Positions 57,973 through 64,000 of a stretch of DNA of 64,000 bases are shown here, piece after piece; the stretch's first letter is position 1; each line of letters starts with the position of its first letter. The notes beneath the pieces are model-generated. The model made no database searches, was not told the DNA's origin, and worked only from the letters and a program-made list of their open reading frames with translations. The translations under genes and the position numbers were made by a program. The stretch comes from a virus, in the IMG/VR virus record IMGVR_UViG_3300045107_000413, positions 58,513 to 122,512 of that record; one strand, given 5' to 3'.

Positions 57973-58588
57973 TATTGCCTGTGAAGAGGGCTGGCTACTC
58001 GGAATCCGTTCTGATGCCTCCCCCATGCGATACCCGCCCATCTTTATTGATATTGACTACAAGCACCCCGACTTTGAAAAGCATCTTGCACTAGTCGCTC
58101 ACTATCATCCGCAATATGCAACCGTCCCCGACCTCTCTGAGCAGGAAGTAAGCAGGCAGGACGTAGAGCGAGCTATAGCACAGGCAGAGCAATTACAGGC
58201 GTATTGTGAAACGGTACTCATCATTCCCAAGCTCTCAGGACAGATAGCCCTGCTCCCTGAATATATCGCCATCGGGTATAGCGTCCCTTCCCGCTACGGG
58301 GGCGCACAATACCCATTATGGGAACTGGCGGGGCGGCGTATTCACCTGCTCGGCGGCTCTCCGCGCAAGCAATTTCAGGCATACCTGCACCTCTCGGCCA
58401 TAGCAGAGGTGATGAGTGCAGATGCAAACTATCATCAGGCGCAGGCTATCAACTATGCGATGTACTGGCAGCGTGACCAGTGGCATTACCATCCCCGCAA
58501 GGGAGAGCCAGATGCAAGAGACCTCTATCCTGAATGCTTTCGCTGGTCATGCAGAAACCTGATGCAAGCATGGAAGAAACTCATTTGA
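57926..58588 (+). CDS. TGT/DpdA-like-fold protein (DUF6610-like)
   Basis: FIDIDY, ATVPD, IIPK, GYSVPSRYGG, IHLLGGSP and SADAN. Confidence 0.55.
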   Translation: MLNLIYCAGGNPLLVDIACEEGWLLGIRSDASPMRYPPIFIDIDYKHPDFEKHLALVAHYHPQYATVPDLSEQEVSRQDVERAIAQAEQLQAYCETVLIIPKLSGQIALLPEYIAIGYSVPSRYGGAQYPLWELAGRRIHLLGGSPRKQFQAYLHLSAIAEVMSADANYHQAQAINYAMYWQRDQWHYHPRKGEPDARDLYPECFRWSCRNLMQAWKKLI

Positions 58589-58880
58589 CATCCACCCCAT
58601 GCATAAATGCAGGGGATTCCTGAGCCTCACGACTCAGGTTCCTGTTTCAGCGAGGCGCGCCCGACGAGCTTTCGCCCGTCCTGGTCTTACCGCCTCTCCG
58701 CAGGCATTGACGGCGAGTCCCGCCGCAAGAATATTGTTCGCGGCATTGATATCACGGTCATGGGAAGTCCCACATTCGGGACACGTCCAGTACCGGATAT
58801 CCAGCGTTAAGGAGTCAAGGACATGCCCACAGGTATGACAACGCTTAGAAGAGGGATAGAAGCGATCAATCTTGATAAGG
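58586..58880 (-). mobile_element. tnpB: IS200/IS605 remnant (3' end of tnpB plus right end)
   Basis: [15 protein letters not shown]...[20 protein letters not shown]. The right-end hairpin GGAATCCCCTGCATTTATGCATGGGGTGGATGTCAA ends in TCAA. The 5' part is missing. Confidence 0.88.
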
Positions 58881-59153
58881 CCCGCAAGCGCATGCCCTCT
58901 GTCAGGGAGGTGCGGGAGAGCCTGCCCGCCGATATGCGGCATCTGGAAGTGGTTGACCGGCAGGACTTCATCTGCGTCCTCTTCCCGGCAGGCACATCTG
59001 CTGCTACCTGCCAGCGCGTGAGAGGCGCGCTACAGGCGGCAGGCTTTGAAACAGAATAACGTGAGGTGTTGCCCGCCGCGCTACATCCAGAGATGCGCCA
59101 CATGGGTAGGTCTGGTGATGCGGGCGGGCATTGTGAGAGAAGGAGAGAGCATT

Positions 59154-59402
59154 ATGTCCACTGCGATTCAGGTAGGAGATCGCGTCTCCTACGACGTGAA
59201 CGGGACGCGCCGTGAGGGCTACGTGCTGCGCGAAAGCCCCGGTCAGTCCATCCCCGGAGACCCCGCGTTTCTGGTCTCCAATACCCACGAGGTCGGGCGC
59301 AAGTATGCTATCCGGGCCTCCCTGCTGACGAAAATCCCCGACTATGAAAGGGATGCGAGGCATCATGACGAGAAGAAGCGGCACTTCAGGCAGGACTGGT
59401 GA
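59154..59402 (+). CDS. Hypothetical SH3/KOW-like protein
   Basis: IQVGDRV, AAGGAG RBS. Confidence 0.5.
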   Translation: MSTAIQVGDRVSYDVNGTRREGYVLRESPGQSIPGDPAFLVSNTHEVGRKYAIRASLLTKIPDYERDARHHDEKKRHFRQDW

Positions 59403-59403
59403 C

Positions 59404-59832
59404 ATGACTCACCCCGACCTTGCCCGCTATCACGCTCTGCTCACTGAGGCCCATGCCCTTGCACGCTCCCTCTTCTGGCGCGTCATGCTCACAGCAGAGA
59501 CGGTAGATGCCATTGCAGAACGGCTGCGCGCTCTCCTTGTGGGGCGCGCCTTCATCATGAGAGACAGCGTACAGGTCTACCCGCGCAGCCGACTGAAGGG
59601 CATCACCATCGGGCGGTGTGAAGAGTTTGATGAGGCATGGGTAGACCTATTCGTGCAGATGGAGAACGGCCCGCGCTTCACGTTCTCTACCGCTGCCTAC
59701 GGCATGTACAGCGCGCCCGTCTTCTGCTTCGGGTCGGAGTCCGTTACCATAGAGCGGGTCAAACTGGCGCGGCCTCCGTATGGCTACCCGCAGCGGATTG
59801 TGTTTGCTATCGAGGAAGAAGAACATCTATGA
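59404..59832 (+). CDS. Hypothetical protein
   Basis: Coupled ORF. Confidence 0.5.
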   Translation: MTHPDLARYHALLTEAHALARSLFWRVMLTAETVDAIAERLRALLVGRAFIMRDSVQVYPRSRLKGITIGRCEEFDEAWVDLFVQMENGPRFTFSTAAYGMYSAPVFCFGSESVTIERVKLARPPYGYPQRIVFAIEEEEHL

Positions 59833-60062
59833 GGGGGCGACGAAAAGTTCATCGTGAAAAGGCGTCACCTGAAGCCTATCCCATCTTGCAACCTATCTAC
59901 GGCGGACGCTGGCAGGCGCATGGAGACGGATGGGCGGTAGATGGGGATAGCAAGGAAGAGGCAGTAGCAAACTACTGGAAGGCCGTTGCGCGGCATAAAG
60001 AAATCCTGGCACTGCCACCCTGGCATCACAATCCTGACAATCCTCATCATACCAAAGATTGA
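59829..60062 (+). CDS. Hypothetical protein
   Basis: ATGA-coupled. GDSKEEAVAN. Confidence 0.45.
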   Translation: MRGRRKVHREKASPEAYPILQPIYGGRWQAHGDGWAVDGDSKEEAVANYWKAVARHKEILALPPWHHNPDNPHHTKD

Positions 60063-60063
60063 T

Positions 60064-60111
60064 AGACAGAGGGGCGGGAAGTCAGCATCTTGACTTCCCG
60101 CCCCTCTGTCT
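60064..60111. terminator. Long hairpin between convergent genes
   Basis: 21-bp stem AGACAGAGGGGCGGGAAGTCA / TGACTTCCCGCCCCTCTGTCT. Confidence 0.75.
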
Positions 60112-60114
60112 TCC

Positions 60115-60372
60115 TCATCTCCACGTTTCTAGCACATCCTGTACCCGGCTCGCATCAGCATTCTTCACATCCAGCACTTCCAACCGCTCACTTCCCTGCC
60201 CCCTGAAGGTGAGTTTCTTCCTGCCGATGAAATAGAAGCTGCTGTCCATGCCAGTATAGGCCGACTTCACCAGGCTACGCCGCCCAATCAACTTGCCCTC
60301 ATAGACAATAGCCACATCTGTGATCGTCAAATAGCCGCCAGAAACACGAATACGCAAAAGTTCCGTTGCCAT
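60115..60372 (-). CDS. Small protein, possibly bacterial PH-like
   Basis: GGAGG RBS before MATELL. Beta-rich with a C-terminal helix. Confidence 0.55.
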   Translation of the reverse strand: MATELLRIRVSGGYLTITDVAIVYEGKLIGRRSLVKSAYTGMDSSFYFIGRKKLTFRGQGSERLEVLDVKNADASRVQDVLETWR

Positions 60373-61358
60373 TGATAGTCCTCCCTGCAAAGAAATATGA
60401 GAATAATCCCTGCATTGAAGTCTATCAATATTGTCAAGGTATTTTTGTTCTAATAGACACAACACCGCCCGTATCCAGAGCAAGATACGGGCGGTGTTGT
60501 GAATCGTCCGCTGGTTGTGCCTTATACATTATGCAGACACCCCTTCAGACCCACATGCCTGAAGGGTTCACAGGGCAAGTATAGTACGGTGCTATGGAAA
60601 GCAGGGCGGGATAGGAGAAGTGGGCTATCAGATGCGCACAACCGGTCAGGAAGCGCGCAAGTTTCCTGACCGGTTGTGGTGTTGATCGTCGTATCCCTGC
60701 TATTGAAGCCATTTCATTGCAGAGGCACATCCCCTGCACAGAGAGTATAGCACAAAACGCAGTTACGCGCATGGGTGGGGGATGCCCATGCGCGTAGTTG
60801 CTGTGCATAAACGAGGTACAGCCCTATCCTACCAGAGATGCACTCCACTGACAACCTCCCAGGACGATCAACTTGCACTTCTCCCATCCTCACTCATACA
60901 GACGCACAAAATTGCTCATGATAAAAATCTTTCCCATCCGTTTCCCACGCGACAAAGTACGTGCCATTCTTCCACCTCATCCATTGCAAAAGTCATGACT
61001 TTCGCGTATTGAGTGAACATGAACAAACTGTCATACTTCTCTATTGACACTCATGAATAGACTCTGCTACTCTTGAGAGAGGGGTACATCTATTCACCTA
61101 TCCTACTAGCATCATGTGCATGCCGGTTGCGGTTTCTTTACTGGAAACGCGGGAGATGTTGCGATTTCTTCACCGCTCTGGCTATCCTGATGCGATCTCT
61201 GGCGCGCTATCTTTCCGGTAGAGGCTTCTCAGGCGTTTCTCAGCTTTGTATTGAGAGAATTGAATATGAGGCAGAGACTTGAAGAAAGAGAGAGCAGGTT
61301 GTAGTTTCTCCATCTACTTGCAATTGCAGAGAGATTTGCAGGAAAATAGAGAAAAGGC

Positions 61359-61387
61359 TTGACAAAGCAATGCCTGCATGGTATGCT
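61359..61387 (+). promoter_or_regulatory. Sigma70-like promoter
   Basis: TTGACA-17-TATGCT. Confidence 0.6.
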
Positions 61388-61451
61388 TGCTTATGGATGT
61401 TTCGGAATGCTTAGGAAACATCAGGAACACTCAGAGGGAGAAACAGAATTT

Positions 61452-61652
61452 ATGGGAGTGCTTATGGCAGAAGAGCGGGAATTGACGCTGACTCAGGTTG
61501 CCGCTCGTCTCGGCGTGACGGTTGAAACGGTGCGTCCTCTGCTACAAGACGGCACTATTCCGAGCAGGAAGCAGGGCAGGCAGTGGCGGGTGTTGGAATC
61601 GGATGTCGAACGGTACATAGAGGCGACCCGCAAGCGGGAACGCAGGCAGTAG
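61452..61652 (+). CDS. HTH_17/excisionase-like protein
   Basis: LTLTQVAARLGVTVETVR...GRQWRV. Confidence 0.82.
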   Translation: MGVLMAEERELTLTQVAARLGVTVETVRPLLQDGTIPSRKQGRQWRVLESDVERYIEATRKRERRQ

Positions 61653-61906
61653 AGGCGGGAGAAAGTAGCCGATCCCGAACCGCGAGAACAGTATCGGCTA
61701 CCCAGGACGACTCCCTACTAAAGAAGCACCGATGCGTCCTCTCAGGGCATCATTGCGCCTTTTTAGCTAGCAGTAGTCTAGCATGAGCAAGGCCAAAAGT
61801 CAACAAAGCAGACGGAAGTTGACGCCTGTAGCCAGAAGTTGAAAGCTGCTGACGGATGAGGTACTATTTCAAGAAGTGACTGTGTATATTCAAGCGTAGA
61901 AAGAAG

Positions 61907-62197
61907 ATGTTGATGCAGGAAGCAACGCAGCAGAATCCGTCACCGCAGCAGGATTGGCAACACACCTATCTGAACCTGAAAGAACTCTGTCAATATTTGC
62001 ACGTCTCCCCCTCAACCGTTGAGCGCATGATGCGAGAGGGCCTGATACGAGGGTATCGTATCTACCGGCAAAACATCCTGTTTAAGCGCGCGGAGATTGA
62101 TGAGTATATCGAGCATCACCCGATTGAGGAAGAGCGGCGCCTGGCCCGCCGTCCGCCGCTTTCACGGAAGACGAACCGCAACCAGAGCGTCCCGTAG
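61907..62197 (+). CDS. HTH_17/excisionase-like protein
   Basis: YLNLKELCQYLHVSPSTVERMMREG. Confidence 0.82.
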   Translation: MLMQEATQQNPSPQQDWQHTYLNLKELCQYLHVSPSTVERMMREGLIRGYRIYRQNILFKRAEIDEYIEHHPIEEERRLARRPPLSRKTNRNQSVP

Positions 62198-62266
62198 GAA
62201 TATCCCTGTAGTGCGGGAGATGGCTACAGGATGTAGCCAGCGCCAGAATGAGAGCGAGCAAATGCT

Positions 62267-63292
62267 ATGCCGCTTGCGTTCGAGAGTGAGGGTGCCTGGG
62301 GGCAATGCCTCACCTATTTTCTGGCAAGTTGTCACAGCCCGGCCACGCGCCGGACATATCAAGTTGTGTTGAAACAGTTTTTTACGGGGGAAGTCATGCC
62401 GGATATGGTAAGTAAGCAGGACGTACTCGCATTCTTGCACAGGCCGCGCAGCGAGCGAGAAAGCATCATCGGGCCGCGCAAGATGCCGCGCCCGGCCAGC
62501 GCCTCGCTCTACAACCTGCGCCTGGCCGTCCTGCGCAAGTTCTACGCCTTTGCACGGGAGTACACCGTGACCGGCGAGGGCGGCGCGCCTGCCCCCCTCA
62601 TGACACGTCCTTCCCCCTGCGCAGGGATTGCCTACCGGGAGACGCCGCGCAGGTATCGCTACATGAGCGAGGAAGAGGTGGTGCGCTTCTTTGCCGCCAT
62701 CCCCGGTGACACGCTGGAAGGTCTGCGTGACCGCGCCATCTTCCTCTTCTACTTCTGGTCGGCGCGCCGCCGCTCAGAAATTGCCCGCCTCGTCTGGGGC
62801 GACATTGAGGCCAGCAGCGCCGTGCCGTCGGGCTACATCTATCATTTTGTGGGTAAGGGACGGCCAGAGGTGCGCGACTCTGCTGAGCTGCCTGCCCCGG
62901 TCTACCGCGCGCTCATCAAGTACCTTGAGGCATCAGGCCGCATGGCCCATATGTGCCCCGACAGCCCGCTCTTCGTGCGCGTTCACCCGATTTCCAACTA
63001 CCCCCTGCGCTACCACAACCGCCCCCTGCACGGCACGACCATCAACCTGCTCATGAAGCAGTATGCCCGCAAGGCAGGGCTGGACGACAGCCGCATCACG
63101 CTCCATTCTTTCCGGCACACGGCGGCACGGGAGCGACACGCAGCGGGGGCCGATGTGCTGGATGTGATGCGCCTGCTGCGGCATACGAGTTTGCGGCATA
63201 CCTACGAATATCTGTTTTTGCTGAGCGGGGAGGCTGATAGTACGCTGCCGCTCATTGCAGAGAAGTTTTCAGGGTTGGAAGGGGGTGAGTAG
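62267..63292 (+). CDS. Tyrosine recombinase/integrase
   Basis: RDRAI, ARRRSEI, GKG, LHSFRHT, LRH and TYEY. Confidence 0.9.
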   Translation: MPLAFESEGAWGQCLTYFLASCHSPATRRTYQVVLKQFFTGEVMPDMVSKQDVLAFLHRPRSERESIIGPRKMPRPASASLYNLRLAVLRKFYAFAREYTVTGEGGAPAPLMTRPSPCAGIAYRETPRRYRYMSEEEVVRFFAAIPGDTLEGLRDRAIFLFYFWSARRRSEIARLVWGDIEASSAVPSGYIYHFVGKGRPEVRDSAELPAPVYRALIKYLEASGRMAHMCPDSPLFVRVHPISNYPLRYHNRPLHGTTINLLMKQYARKAGLDDSRITLHSFRHTAARERHAAGADVLDVMRLLRHTSLRHTYEYLFLLSGEADSTLPLIAEKFSGLEGGE

Positions 63293-63295
63293 AAA

Positions 63296-63844
63296 ATGAG
63301 GTGGTATGTCACCAAGCCAACGGATAGCCGGGGACGTGTTTTAGCAGACCGGCACTATTCACGTCAGAAGCCGGGAACGCCAGAATATGCCCCGCCGGGG
63401 CGCAAACTGGTACTGGTGGATACAGATGCGTATGCCCCTGCGATCACCGCCCTCTGGATTACCTCGTGGCCGTTTGCGCAGTTCGTCAACCGTGACTATA
63501 AGGACGCATGGCTCTGCTGTCTATTCCGCAACGAGAGCGCAGTGCTTTCCAGTGAATTGATTGTGGAAGCCATAGCCGCAACACGCTGGAAGTATGGTAC
63601 ACCGCCCGTCTCTGGCATGGTCACGATGATTGATGCGGCAAAGGTGACAAGCCGCAATCCCGGTTACTGCTACAAGATTGTTGGTTTTGTGCATGTAGGC
63701 TACACAAAAAGCGGCCTGCACATGCTGCAATTGAAACCGGAAGACATGCCAGAGGCAGCAATGCCAGGTGGCACACGAGCGAAGCAGATAGAGGAAGCGC
63801 GCCACTATGAGCAGTTATCTTTATTCACAAGAGGAGTATCGTAG
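63296..63844 (+). CDS. Putative Mom-like/GNAT-fold protein
   Basis: ADRHYSRQ, FRNES..LSSELI, VTMID and NPGYCY..GF. Family inferred from motif resemblance only. Confidence 0.5.
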   Translation: MRWYVTKPTDSRGRVLADRHYSRQKPGTPEYAPPGRKLVLVDTDAYAPAITALWITSWPFAQFVNRDYKDAWLCCLFRNESAVLSSELIVEAIAATRWKYGTPPVSGMVTMIDAAKVTSRNPGYCYKIVGFVHVGYTKSGLHMLQLKPEDMPEAAMPGGTRAKQIEEARHYEQLSLFTRGVS

Positions 63845-63928
63845 GCACGACGGGCAAGCGCGGTGATAGTTGCGTTAAGGGTCTATAAGTTCATTGATGC
63901 CCGTTTTACCGGAAGGGAAGAGTGAGAC

Positions 63929-64000
63929 ATGAAATGTCTTTCCATTCAGCAACCGTTTGCATGGTTGATTGTCAACGGCTATAAAGACATCGAGAACCGC
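63929..64000 (+). CDS. ASCH-domain protein (partial)
   Basis: MKCLSIQQPFAWLIVNGYKDIENR. Confidence 0.85.
   Translation, partial: MKCLSIQQPFAWLIVNGYKDIENR

Noticed and set aside
1-64000. Diversity-generating retroelement or retron
   Set aside because: No reverse transcriptase motif was seen. The duplicated segments differ at synonymous sites rather than specifically at adenines.

Overview
This 64-kb window looks like most of a temperate tailed-phage or prophage genome. A Ktedonobacteria/Chloroflexota-like host is my guess, not something the sequence proves. A minus-strand morphogenesis and lysis module (TerS/TerL, portal, minor head protein, prohead protease, major capsid, head-tail and tail genes, GH25 endolysin, holin) is heavily interrupted by accessory DNA. 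Early and recombination genes include Bet, two tyrosine recombinases, several HTH proteins and DNA methyltransferases. An 18.5-kb island between the prohead protease and major capsid genes carries two RNA-based systems. (1) A TIGR-Tas-like locus: an IS110/Nop-like gene with no recognisable RuvC (14764-15780), followed by an 18-unit dual-repeat array with a 35-nt period and mostly 8-nt spacers (14130-14769). (2) A co-oriented cluster of a ubiquitin-like protein, four Y-RNA-like tRNA mimics (three circularly permuted, one in canonical tRNA-Lys order), an HNH nuclease, a divergent Ro60/TROVE-vWA protein, a Cys-containing partner and a ThiF/E1 enzyme (17505-23767). The second is the best candidate for an undescribed system. 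Other oddities are a GIY-YIG homing endonuclease next to a recoded duplicate 5' end of its target gene, a C5 methyltransferase with a duplicated C-terminal module, a 52-bp perfect palindrome inside a CDS, and a hidden 43-aa Ser/Arg repeat peptide. All family assignments come from motif recognition by eye; no searches were run.
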